A stretch of DNA of 64,000 nt, from positions 308,491 to 372,490 of the forward strand of contig NW_004797294.1 in assembly GCF_000002075.1 (NCBI RefSeq). Direction: 5' to 3'. Of the stretch, positions 38,312-51,100 are shown in pieces. Origin of the DNA: Aplysia californica. Its lineage: Eukaryota. Numbering within the stretch: position 1 is the first letter of the stretch; each line of letters starts with the position of its first letter. The position numbers and the translations under genes were made by a program. The notes beneath the pieces are model-generated. The model made no database searches and had not been told where the DNA came from. It worked only from the letters and a program-made list of their open reading frames with translations.

Positions 38312-40916
38312 GAAAGAGAGAGAGCGAGAGAGAGAGAGCGAGAGATAAGAGATATGTGTTTTATGTTGTTATATTGTTGATTAATAGGTACATGTGTTCG
38401 CATTATCTTTGAAATAAAATGAAATAATTATTCCCAGTATGGAAATACATCATGCAAACATAATCTACAATTATTAAGGGAGTCCCAAACAGTGTCGGAC
38501 TCAAAGGGATACAAAGTCCCTGCAGAATATCGCAGTCTACTCGATAAAAGTTCCCCGAACAAGGGAATTGAACACACGTCTTCAGCATGCATCTACTCTT
38601 GCACCATGCAATATCATAGCACAACGCATTTCAACGCCATATTATCATAGCACAATACCTTGCCTTACCATAGCATAACGTAATGAACAAAACTGTGTCG
38701 CATAATACCATACAATAGCACAATGCCTTACCATAGCATAATTTCATGCCATATCATAGCACAATGAAATACAGCAGCACAATGCCGTACCATAGCATTA
38801 TGTCAAACCACAGCAAAATGCAATACCATAGTACATGAACATACCATAGTACATGAACATACCATAGTACATGAATATACCATAGTACATGAACATGCCA
38901 TAGTACATGAACATACCATAGCATAATGAGATGACATACCATAACACAATGCAATATTATCATAGTGCACTACCATATCATGTCACAGTGTAATACCATA
39001 GTACACTACCATATCATGACACAGTGTAATACCCTAGTACACGACCATATCATGACACAGTGCAATACCATAGTACACGACCATATCATAACACAGTGCA
39101 ATACCATAGTACACGACCATATCATAACACAGTGCAATACCATAGTACACGACCATACCATGACACAGTGTAATACCCTAGTACAATACCATACCACAGC
39201 ACAATGTCACGTCAGACCATAGCACCCATGTCCTAGCACAAAACCACACCATAGCACAATGCTCAGCCAAACAATAGCGCAATACACACCATAGCACAAT
39301 GCTCTGACAAAAAATAGCACAATGCCATGCAATATCACAATGCCATACCATGGCACCACACCAAAGCAATAATATAAAATGCCAGACTGTAGCGCCTTTA
39401 ATGTGGCCTTTCCCAGGCCTTTACAAGTCTACCATTCTGGATACGCTTCATGGATTCCTGGTGCACTCTTCACCGTGAACTGTGTTATGGACGTCACAAA
39501 CTTCCCTTTCGATGAACAGATGTGCTCACTTCTTGTGTGTGGTAACTGTATATTGTTTTAGTTTAGTTGGAATGAAAGTTTTTACGGCAAATATTATAAC
39601 AAAATAGATCATACAAGTCTCGATGATCCCAGGTATTAAAAGAAAAAAGTTAGAGATAAGTACGATAGACTTTTGATAGGAACAAACTGCATCAGAGCAT
39701 CCACCAAACAGTCACTAGTATTATGTGAGTATACTAGATATTTTGGATAACGCTTCGGCTTTTGCCGTTTTAAAAATGCGCTTACAAGTTTCTATAAAAC
39801 AATATGGAGGAAGGGGGTAGTGAAGGGGGGGGGGTGCAGGTGGTGGTTAGAGAGCACTGTAGGCACAGTTTTGTTTGTGCACCATCATTACGTTCTTCTT
39901 TTCTTTTTCTTTTACTTTTTTCCTTCATTTTTGAGGGGTGAGGTGGTGTGGGGGAGGTAACAATTAGAGTCAATGTTCTTCACCTTCAGTCAGACATGAG
40001 CCAGTAAGAGAATTGCACATAAACCTGAAATCCTCTTTTGGTCTTTTGGTTTCGCTTTATAAATGTAAAATAATAGTAAGTAAGCTATTTGTTTGTAAGT
40101 ACTGCCCCTTAAGTAAACTAAAAACAGTCGGTGCAGGGGCAGGGGGGAGTTTCTCAACTTCTTTATTATTGGTAGTCAAATGGGTTGACCCCTCCCCTCA
40201 CCCCCACCCCCCATCCCAGTCCCCTGCTTTCCTCTTTCTCCCTCGAAATATAAAGCTAAACAGTTAACAGGCAGCAGGTTCTATACAATAATTACAGGTG
40301 TATAATATTCAAGAAAAGTATACGCCCCGATGTAAAATTCCTTGAAAGAAAAGAAAGTGGTGAAGGGCTGTGCAGAACGTGCTAGATGCCTCTTTTATAC
40401 CAACATTATTTCCAGAGTCTTCGGTCTCATCAAGTTTTATTGTTTCGCAAAGTGGTTCTCACAATCGTTCCCTAGGATATATACAAATAACTCTCTTTCT
40501 ATCTGACCTGTTTCGTCTTAACCTCTTTACTGTTTGAAGAGACCTCACAAAAGGGATGCGCAGTTTTAACTACAGGTGTTGACATAATTATTATACTTAA
40601 TAACTAAGTTAGTCAAAACAATTCTAAAATCGTCATCTTTACAATAATGTTATAACGTTTAAAATAACAGCTGTTCTCACAGAGCGACAGCCGCTAAGTT
40701 TGAATTGTTCAATAGCATTTATTATTTTTTTAAAATTGTTTTTGAAAACCAAATCTTGTTGTTAAATTTGAAGTATACACTCATCCCTTCCCTCNNNNNN
40801 NNNNNNNNNNNNNNNNNNNNNNNNNNNNNNNNNNNNNNNNNNNNNNNNNNNNNNNNNNNNNNNNNNNNNNNNNNNNNNNNNNNNNNNNNNNNNNAGATAG
40901 ATAGATACATAGATAA

Positions 40917-40951
<35 letters not shown>

Positions 40952-43587
40952 TAGAGAGGGGTGAGAGAGTAAGAGATATGTGTTTTATGTTGTTATTTTG
41001 TTGATTAATAGGTACATGTGTTCGCACGATCTTCGAAATAAAATGAAATGATTATTCCCTGTATTGAAATACATCATGCAAACATAATCTACAATTATTA
41101 AGGGTTTTTGGTCCGAAATTATCAAAGACTTATTTTTGTATTATGTGGTCCTATTTTGTCTTTTCCTCAGTCCCAAACAGTGTCGAACTCAAAGGGATAC
41201 AAAGTCCCAGCAGAATATCGCAGTCTCCTCGATAAAAGTTCCCCGAACAAAGGAATTGAACACACGTCTTCAGCATGCAACTACTCTTGCACCATGCAAT
41301 ATCATAGCACAACGCATTACAATGCCATATAATCATGGCACAATACCTTGCCTTACCATAGCATAATGTAATGAACAAAATTGTGTCGCATAATACCATA
41401 CAATAGCACAATGCCTTACCATAGCATAATTTCATGCGTACCACAGCACAAAGCAATATCATAGCACAATGAAATACAACAGCACAATGCCGTACCATTG
41501 TATAACGCCATACCACAGCAAAATACAATACCTTAGTACAATAACATACCATAGCATAATGTGATGTCATACCATAACACATTGCAATATTACCACAGTA
41601 CACTACTATATCATAACACAGTGCAATACCATAGTACACTACCATACCACAGCACAATGCTCTGCCAGACCAAATCACCCATGTCCTAGCACAATATCAT
41701 ACCATAGCACAATGTTCTGATAAACAATAGCACAATACCACACCTTAGCACAATGCTCTGCCAAACAATAGCACAATATCACACCATAGCACAATGCTCT
41801 GCCAAACAATAGCACACCATAGCACAATGCTCTGCAAAAGAATACCACAATGCCATACCGCGGTACCACACCAAAGCAATAATATGCCATGCTAGACTGT
41901 AGCACCCTTAATGTGGCAATCCTCAGGCCTTTACAAGTCTACCAGTCAGGATACGCTTCATGGATTCCTGGTGCACTCTTCACCGTGAACTGTGTTATGG
42001 ACGTCACTAACTTCCCTTTCGATGAACAGATGTGCTCACTTCTTGTATGTGGTAACTGTATATTGTTTTAGTTTAGTTGGGATGAGAGTTTTTTCGGCAA
42101 ATATTATAACATAATAGATCATACAAGTCTCGATGATCCCAGGTATTAAAAGAAAAGAAGAGTTAGAGATAAGTACGATAGACTTTTGATAGGAAAAAAG
42201 GAACAAACTGCATCAGAGCACCCACCAAAAAGTCACTAGTATTATGTGAGTATACTAGATAGTTTGGATAACGCCTCGGCCTTTGCCGTTTCAAAAATGC
42301 GCTTACAAGTTTCTATCAAATAAGATGGAGGAAGGGGGTAGTGGAAGGGGGGGGGGGGAGAGCAGGTGGTGGTGAGGGAGCATTACAGGCACAGTTTTGT
42401 TTCTGACCATCATTTCGTTTTTTCTTTTCTTTTTCCCTTACTTTTTGTTTGTTTTTCTCTTACTTTTTTCTTTCGTTTTTGAGGGGTGAGGTGGAGGGGG
42501 GAGGGGTGGGAGGTAACCGTTAGAGTCAATGTTCTTCACCTTCAGTCAGACATGAGCTAGTAAGAGCATTGCACATAAACCTGAAATCTTTATTTGGTCT
42601 TTTGATTTCGCTTTTTTAAAGTAAAATAAAAGTAAGTAAGCTTTTTGTCAAAACAATTCTAAAATCGTCATCTTTACAATAATGTTATAATGTTTAAAAT
42701 AACAGCTGTTCTCACAGAGCAACCGTCGCTAAGTTTGAATTGTTCAATAGCATTTATTTATTTTTTTAAATTGTTTTTGAAAACCAAATCTTGTTGTTAA
42801 ATTTGATCTTTTCATGACTCTGACTATGCACTCATCCCCTCCCTCCCCACTCCCCCTGTGAGCCCCAAATACCCACCCACCTGCGGTACCTTCATTTGTC
42901 GTTCTTTTGTGTGTGTCTATTTCCAGTTCTTCAGCATGTCTCATCCCCAAAAAGAGGTCGTTTTCGTGTCCAACCAAACGACGGTGCGCACGGATTCTCT
43001 GACGCCACATGGGGAATGGGAAATCCGCGAGGCAACGATCAACGTTGATGGGAGCCAAATTCCTCAAGAGGGCTTGGCACCCATTGGAGTGAGGAGCTNN
43101 NNNNNNNNNNNNNNNNNNNNNNNNNNNNNNNNNNNNNNNNNNNNNNNNNNNNNNNNNNNNNNNNNNNNNNNNNNNNNNNNNNNNNNNNNNNNNNNNNNNN
43201 NNNNNNNNNNNNNNNNNNNNNNNNNNNNNNNNNNNNNNNNNNNNNNNNNNNNNNNNNNNNNNNNNNNNNNNNNNNNNNNNNNNNNNNNNNNNNNNNNNNN
43301 NNNNNNNNNNNNNNNNNNNNNNNNNNNNNNNNNNNNNNNNNNNNNNNNNNNNNNNNNNNNNNNNNNNNNNNNNNNNNNNNNNNNNNNNNNNNNNNNNNNN
43401 NNNNNNNNNNNNNNNAAACAATAAAAATGATTATGAAAATGATAATGATAATGATGTGTTTTAAAAAGATTGATAATGAAAATAATGAATTTTTTTCTAA
43501 AATCAATAATGATAATAATGATAATGAAAACAATAATAATATATGAACAAATACATATACGAGTGTATATTATATAAAATACATATA

Positions 43588-43655
<68 letters not shown>

Positions 43656-46600
43656 TATTAATATTAATATAAATTTGTATATAGTATATACAAGCTGCTG
43701 ATTGCACGAATTCAAAGCCTAACCAACTGACAAGATCTTTCCTTCCCATAGCCTGGTACATAATCCGCTGTAGATTCTGTCTCAATACGAGAATAATAGG
43801 CACGTTTTTGGAATAGGAGCAGGTTTCATAATTACTTTTAGTTTTCGAATTATTTTGCGTTATATACCTGTCGTCTACAGATTGTAGATGGTCGGAGAGG
43901 GCTACTGATAGATCCTGCTTTTTTCCTGTTCCTCTGTTGTTTCTCTCTGCCTGCCTGTCTTTTTTTCACCTGCGCTAAATGGCCATTATTGTGTTGACGT
44001 GCTTCTCTTTACTCAAACAAATATAATACCTTTCTTTCCCTCTCTTGTTTCTGTCCTTATTTTCACCTGCACTAAATGACCATCAATGTACATCTCTTTG
44101 TTCAAACTAACAAATTACCTCTCTTTCCCTCTCTTGTTTCAGTCTGTCTGTCTTATTTTCTCAGCACTAAATGGCCATTATTGTATCAATGTCATTCTCT
44201 CCCGTTCACACAAACAAATTACGTACTTTTCTTTCCGTCTCTTGTTTCTGTCCTATTTTTCCCCAACACTGAAGGACCACTATTGTGTTGATGTTCTCCT
44301 CTTTACCCAAACAAACAAATTACGTACTTTTCTTTCCCTCTGTTGTTTCTGCCTGACTGTCTCATTTTTCCCCAGCACTAAATGGCCATTATTGTGTTGA
44401 TGTTCTCCTCTTTACCCAAACAAACAAATTACGTATCTTTCCCTCTGTTGTTTCTGCCTGTCTGTCTCATTTTTCCCTTGCACTAAATGGCCATTATTGC
44501 AACGAAGTACTTCTCTTTGTTCCAACAAACGCCTACAGATCGTGCTCAAGCTCCGTAGACGGCCAATGTTCCTGTTCATGAACACTATACTACCCATCAT
44601 GGTCCTTTCCCTTCTCAACATCATGGTCTTTCTCATACCACATGATTCAGGAGAAAAACTTAGTTTTGGTAAGCACTTTTGACTGTTAAGTATGGTTACA
44701 CAGTAGTGCGAGGCAGATAGCATTTCCATTTTTGCGTAGCAATTATTAGATAATTCATCCCGGACGCGTTTCTGCATCACCGCCCACTGAGTTGATTGCA
44801 TTGTTTTTAGATCTCCAAGATCGTCGAAAGTGGGTAGCGTGGAACATAAACGCTATCTTTTTTCATAATGAATATAAGATCTTCACATTAAAACAAAAAT
44901 CACACGTTGAGGTCTAGGCATCGGCAGGCCAAGCACGGAGAGCAAGGGCGTGGACTCCTTAACATCCAATCAATCACTGGAGCACAGCTGTTCAAAAGTT
45001 AGATAACTACTCGTTTAGTTTAAATGGTCACTGGCTCGATCCATAGCGTTGCTTGAGAACTGAAGGAATTTGTCATAAAATTAAGTCACTCTTTTCTATT
45101 CAAATTTAGGTAACTTCTCTTTCAGATATGGTTATTGGATCATTCTATGGTGCTTGAGAACTGAAGCATTGCGTCAAAAATCGATTTATTCTTTTTCATT
45201 CAAAAGTTAGATAACTCCTCTTTCAAATGGTCACATGACCATTCTATAACGATGCTTGAGAACTGAATGAATAGGTCATGAAATCTATTCACTCTTTTCT
45301 AAACAAAATTTAGACAACTTTTCTTTCAAATGGTTACTGGCTCAATCCATTTCGGTGCTTGAGAATTGAAGCATTGCCTCATAAAATCTATTCATTTTTT
45401 AAAATTCAAAATTTAGATAACTTCATTTTGAAATAGTCATTGGTTTATTCCATAATGATGCTTGAGAACTGAAGGAAAGGGTCAATAAAATAATGGAAGA
45501 GGCTAGCCGTACTTAATGACGACTAGACTGGTTGGCTAGCTGTAAGTTAGACTGGTTGGCTAAGTACTGCTGGACAGCTGGGCTAGCCGTACTTATTCTT
45601 AATATGATGGCTAGACTGACCATACAAAAAATAGGCCTACTGAAATGTAAATATATTTTATTTTTTTTTGCAGTACCTAAAGTATTTGTATTTGAGACGA
45701 AACCAGGTGCCTTAATGACAGTGCATGTATTTTAAACCTCCTGTTTTCTAATGTTAATAGGACCTAAGATAAGTATGGCTAGACTGTCATGCTAGCCGTA
45801 CTTACTATTGATGGCTGAATTCTAAATACAATTTTTAGTTTACAATGCCTAAAGTATTTGTATTTGAGACAAAACCAAAAGGTGCCTTACTGACTTGCAT
45901 GTATTTGAACCTGAATAATCACTAGACCTAGATCTAATGCGACCTGTGTACTTAACAGGTTTGAGTCGATAGGGCCAAACCTAGATCTAAGTACGGCTAG
46001 CCACTTCGTAAAATAATGTCATACTAATTGACTCCCCCTGTAGGCTATCATTCACGTTGTGTTCCCCCCAGGCATCACCGTGCTCCTGGCCCTGACGTTG
46101 TGTCTAAGCATCACTAGCACAATGCTGCCTCGGTCTGCCACAGACATGGCTCTCCTTCTCATCTACGTCTCCATCCTCCTCGTCATCTCTCTCCTCACCG
46201 TCGTCGTCACTGTCATTGTCTCCTTCTTCCACTATAAAGAAGAGGTAAGTTTGCATAACGGGAAGTGTTTGTTACATGTACATGTCACTGTACCTTTTTA
46301 TTGTTAACTTGGTTTTTCTTTCTGTGTACCAGACTGTCGAGTTGTGTGTAGTTTTTATGTTTTTTAAAATTAAAAAGTAACATTATTGCTCTGTTTGTTT
46401 TGCTTTGTTGTTGTTGTTTTTTATAGTAGAGGGTTTTACGGCGCTTGCAATTGCATAAGGTCATATGAGCGCTCTTAGTTGGGGTTTTTTTGTTGTTGTT
46501 TCCTCTCAACTGAGTATTTGTTTGCCGTTCCTCTTTTATTGCCTTGTAGATTGAGCATTCCTTCGAAATGACAATAGGCAATACCAATGCATTCTAATGC

Positions 46601-47749
46601 TATGTTATATTTGTCTGTAATAGTGAAGTGTTACGTCCATATCGACACTATTTAGGTCAATAAGGAGGGGAGTTGCTTCGACCCTGCCTGTCAGGGCCAA
46701 CACGGGCTGAGGGGGAGGCAAGGTCCAATATGATATATGTGACTCGTGCTGACAAAATGAGTTACTTCTCGGATTCAGGCCGTTAAATGAATACATACAT
46801 CACACATATGGTATGGATGAAGTTGTTACAATTTATAAGCTTAAAATAAAAGGTATGTAATACTTAACGAATATGGCATCGATAAAAAATCTTAAAAATT
46901 TGACCCTTGTGTCAATTTTTGGGCAATGTCTCCATTTGTGGATGTCGAGAAGTAACTCGTTTTGTCAGCTCGCCTCACATATCGAGATACTAGATAAAAT
47001 TGAGCTCAATCCGTCTGTGTAGAATTGTAAAGTTCCCAAATGTTCCATTTCAGTCGCTCATATAATAGAACAGATGGAATACGTTCTCTATTTCTCCATG
47101 ACATTTTCGTTAAACATACCGAGGCAATGGTCTGGATAAAAGGTAGGACACAGAGCTAAAGAGAAAAATGCAACGAAGTATAATGGTCATTTTCACTTCT
47201 AATTTCTGTTTTGTCGAACCTTTATAAAAACGACAGCCCATTATTGAAGAGACAGGTGGTCATCTTAGACAGGTGGTTCTCTTGGACAATGTCATTCTAA
47301 TACGGAAATGACACAAGGCGGGGGGGGGGGGGGGGTAGGAAGTGTTAGTTTTTACAGTTTATCATCATTATTATTATTGCTATTATTATTCATTTTATTT
47401 TTTATCATTATTATGGTTGCTATTATTATTATCATTATCCTTTTCACAGAGGAAGGCCGTCAGTACTCAAGAAGAAACAGTGAGGCCTGTGGGATCGTTC
47501 CAGAGCGGGTCTGCCAAATCGACAGTGTCATCCGAGAAGCAAAAGAAAAGTGTCTATCCTGCACTAAAGCTACCAACAGACAGGGACGCAATTCCAGATG
47601 ATAACGATTCCCCTAAGCATTGCCACGGCTGGTCCTACAAACGGATAGCGAGATGGATAAATAACGTCTCCTGTGCTATCTTTCTCTTTGCCTGGTGTTC
47701 TGTCACTGTAATATTTTTCATCTTGCTTACTAGAAGTGTCCACACTTGA
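31235..47749 (+). CDS. Gene 2: divergent nAChR-like Cys-loop channel subunit, 8 exons, about 421-434 aa depending on start codon
   Basis: Preferred join(31235 or 31274..31390,34052..34186,35078..35208,41927..42044,42927..43088,44539..44668,46072..46244,47450..47749), open, GT-AG, same phases as gene 1. MKKIIPMVYLCFLTVSSQTYEQ; VYNPEVRP; WNESEYGG; Cys-loop CVMDVTNFPFDEQMC; PHGEW; LRRRPMF; DSGEKLSFGITVLLALTL; M4 RWINNVSCAIFLFAW. Confidence 0.92.
33153..33506 (-). mobile_element. tRNA-derived SINE family B, full length and young-looking, with (TTA)n tail
   Basis: Minus-strand head ggggcgtcggtggcctagtggttagg...gggttcgaatccc, core ttgtgtccttgggaaaggcacttta, tail gcgctatacaaatgctatctattattatt. Related fragments near 29800-29862, 32480-32620, 35690-35815, 43690-43765 and 60125-60320. 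Confidence 0.88.
33553..34038 (+). pseudogene. Broken partial duplicate of gene 2 exon 2, interrupted by a ~390 bp antisense retroelement (33586-33974)
   Basis: AG|GTGAGACCCATTGACGAC start identical to exon 2. The insertion is flanked by a degenerate 15 bp TSD (cagggcagtgttctg / cagggaagtgtgctg). Exon-like sequence resumes (FYLICIVGLDDV) and joins the acceptor of the intact exon. The same structure is repeated at 36416-36912. Confidence 0.8.
36926..39534 (+). CDS. Second copies of gene 2 exons 2, 3 and 4 (36926..37060, 38055..38185, 39417..39534), probably the alternate haplotype
   Basis: Intact splice sites and identical exon lengths (135/131/118 nt). Only two amino acid differences from the other copies (KDAYA vs KDDYA, VYHSG vs VYQSG). 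The block 35539-40794 is bounded by two gaps of exactly 100 N. Confidence 0.75.
38600..39390. repeat. ACCAT/AGCAC/AAT-based cryptic satellite upstream of exon 4 (also 41290-41890, 55410-55575, 56630-56820)
   Basis: Recurring accatagcacaat motif. This copy contains extra ~18 bp and ~36 bp sub-arrays. Confidence 0.85.
43920..44530. repeat. Diverged ~90-110 bp tandem repeat abutting gene 2 exon 6, with a homologous shorter array at 60790-61110 in gene 3
   Basis: Recurring cactaaatggccattattgtgttga...caaacaaacaaattac...ttccctct...gtttctg. Confidence 0.8.
44985..45480. repeat. Diverged tandem repeat, ~102 bp x 5, gene 2 intron 6
   Basis: gcttgagaa recurs near 45051, 45152, 45254, 45357 and 45460. 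Confidence 0.85.
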
Positions 47750-47812
47750 TAATATGATAGAAGTAGAAGATGGCATCGACAACTGCTGCTATCGTTTTCT
47801 CTCTCTCTCTCT

Positions 47813-48158
47813 TGCCCGTTTTAACTCCCAATGGAGCACAGGCCATCAACAGCATTACTCAAGCGAAGCCTGTCTTGAGCATCCTTTTCTATTTGTTTCC
47901 ATGATGTCCCCCCTTTTTTCAATTTTCGCTTGTACCGCTCGCCTCCATGTCATCTTTGGTCTTCCCTTCTTACGTTTTCCTTGTGGGTTCCACGTTAAAC
48001 CCTGCCTGGTGATGCTTGTCGGGGGTCTCCTCAGGGTGTGTCCAATCCATTTCCATTTCTTCACCTGTATGTCTTCCTATTTTGGCCTTTGGCTTGTTCT
48101 TTCCTACAGTTGAGCATTAGTGACTCGATCGTACCACTTGATCCCCACTATCCTTCGT
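47813..48158 (-). mobile_element. RTE-clade LINE 3' fragment just downstream of the gene 2 stop codon
   Basis: RRIVGIKWYDRVTNAQL...[40 protein letters not shown], with in-frame stops. Confidence 0.85.
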
Positions 48159-51100
48159 TTTACTTTTAGCAAAAGCTGAGAACTCAAGCATTTTGTTTGT
48201 TTGTTTGTTTTATTTGTTTTTGTCTTTGTTTTGCCGCAAACTCAAGTTTTGTTTGTTCGTTTCATTTGTTTTGTGATGTAATTGTTTTTGTTTTCGTTTC
48301 TTAGGCCTGCATTGTCGTTTGAAATGTTATATCGATCCCTTAGAATGGCTGGCGTCTCTCGTAAACCGTTGCAGCACCTGTGTTACACAAAGCACTTTAT
48401 GACACAGATGCCGTGCACACTGTGTCCAAAGCTCGAGACTATCTGACCTGATTTTTTTTTCAGTTTTACGAAGACGTAAAACTATTTTATAGACAAGACT
48501 GTGAATTTGTTATGCTCAAGAAAAAACTTACAACTTCACAAGGATCGATGTTTCGTGGCCAGGTTGTTGGTTGTATATATAAAACTGCATACTTTTTTCG
48601 TGCTTTTTTTCGTGTAACTATCGTTTGTCTTGGTGTGATTTCATCTTGCTTAGTGACAGTTTGGGACACCTAAGGTGTAGCAATTTTTTGTGATACCTAT
48701 TATTTCCTAGGTCGTTTGCCTTAAATTTATACGTGGAAAATGTTCTTTGTTTGACTCTGAAGTCATATCTTCAGCATATATCGGGTTTCCAATAAATAGG
48801 TGAAGGATTTTAAATGTGGTAAGGAATGACATTGCCATAGTTCTTGTAATCGAATAAACGTTTACTCTTCATAAAACTAAAGTTTCAGTCTTTGAGGAGG
48901 AAGGATTCTTTGACTCTACCGACACAGTCTTTGAAGGATACCTCCGTTTCAGCAGACAAATAAACATATTACATTATCCAAAAGCATATTATTCATTACA
49001 TGAGAACGAAACCAAATTGGTCTTTGCCGGTTATACCAAAAAACCTCTCAATGTCTCCAACAGATTGATGTTTTAACTACTTTTCTTGGATACGCCATAA
49101 TGCAGGGTTTAGATGAAGCAAAATCTTATGAGTAACAACAGCCCAGAGATTTCGAGAGACATATTTTCATCAAAAGCCTCTCTAAAAACAAAACCGAATG
49201 ATTATTTATTTGTGCTCCAATTAGCTATGTTCTGATATTGTTAAAGCCTCTTTCTCCCCAGTCTTTCATTTCATTCGTTCTATATGTTTATGCATCTTGT
49301 ATATGTGGTATATTTACAGGGATTTTGCTTATGCTTCATTTTTCAAGTGCACTGTAACCATAGCCACCCCTGCCACAACCCCCCTAAACTATCCCTAGCG
49401 CAATGCACTTGCAATAACAGTATTATAATTACACTACCACCTCAATGCATTTCATGTTGGTTTTTTTTGCATTGCTACATATGATAAATGTTATTATATT
49501 CTATTAAAATATACTGATTGGTTCAAGACACTCTATAATTTTCTGCTCTCGATTTTAATATGCGTTTGAAACTTAACAGAAAACCAGTAGGCTGCTTCAA
49601 ACTTTTCAGGGCTATACCATTCGAAAGATTCACGGGGAAAAAAACTGTACTGGATCGCTCAAACACTAGTACAGATGGGAAAACTGATAAAAGATGCAAT
49701 ATATAACTGGTACCAATGCGAAAACATGAAATAATGATATGCATTGTGCTTTTTTCAGGGTGGGGTATAACACAATGGGCAGTGCGTATTAAAATCATAC
49801 GCATGCTTGATGGTTTGACTTAAATGACTACAGCGTTTTGTTCTTCAATCGCAAATAAAAAATCATCCTGATGCAAAATACGATATAGAAGTGAGGTAAG
49901 GTATAATACAATGAAGCTGTCCTGAATATCCAGACTGAAATATGCAATAGGCTGAAAAAATATATAATAAAAATAACTTACATTCTTGCACTTTTTGCAA
50001 TATTCACTTTTTTTTCCTATCATGACTGGAGTGGAATAAACTATCTATTACTCTAAAAGCATTCTATTGTCCTTTGTTGTTTTTCTAATATCTAGTAATG
50101 AAGATAGAAGGGACAACACAGTATAGCAAGATGTTTGCAAATTGGTTATCATTAAATTATTTAGCTTATAAGCAGTAGAATTATTTCAGCCTCTATTCAG
50201 GCTTCTCAACATGGAATAGAGGGCCGTTTTAAAAGCTCTTAATGGATCATTTATCTACAGTAGACAAAGGGAAAGGCTTCCATTCTTGCCTCAATCGATT
50301 TACAACCTACATTAATTTGACACTTTGGGGAAATCAATACTGGTCGAGAGGTTAAGGCAAGAAGTGGGCTAGTCAAGGACTATTCTTTCATTTTTCATAT
50401 CATATGACTCAAGAAGCCTCATTTAGTCAGTACTTGTTTGTGTTGTTTTGTCTCCGACTAAGTAGTGTAGTCTCTAGATTTTGGCGCATCTCAAGGACCT
50501 TTTTGAGACCAAACTCAAATAGTCTCTTTACTCTCTCCCTTCTTTCTAACATGGGAGTACACAGTTTATATATTTGCTACACGGATAACTATAATTATGT
50601 CTAATTATTTGTATCCGCAACTCCATGTTTAATAGGCCTCGAAAGGAATAATGGGGGCAAAAGATTGGGGATTAGACTCTGACTACCGTGTGTCATAAAA
50701 TGTTTAACCTGTTTGTCAGCCCGCTACCTACTACCCACTTACGAAGACACCAACATGCCTCTATACTGTCTATCAACTTAGGTCGTCCCCCCCCCCCCCC
50801 CCCCCCCCCCTTCTCTTGTCTTGGCCCAACAGAATAGGTTAACGCTAACAAAGCCACCAAAGACGAGTCTGTGCTCACGTTTTCGAAACATTTCGGTGAT
50901 GTTAAAGATTGTTCCGGTGAGGAACAGGATAAAGGGTGCCCACGTCCCTCGTGACTCATTGGAGCAGAGGACGATATGACTAGCATAAATATCCCAAACA
51001 CCCAGCTGACAGTGTAGGGACGCATGTCTGCTCAATAGTTAATTGCATAATAAACACCATCTCATAACACCAGCCACCGCCACCATCATATTTAAAGTCA

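Noticed and set aside
38754-41905. Cys/His/Trp-rich repetitive ORFs
   Set aside because: They are by-products of the ACCATAGCACAAT satellite in intron 3.
34052-42044. Dscam-like mutually exclusive exon cassette in gene 2
   Set aside because: The exon order and exact overlap of the flanking contigs favour an inserted haplotig. It is kept only as a testable alternative.
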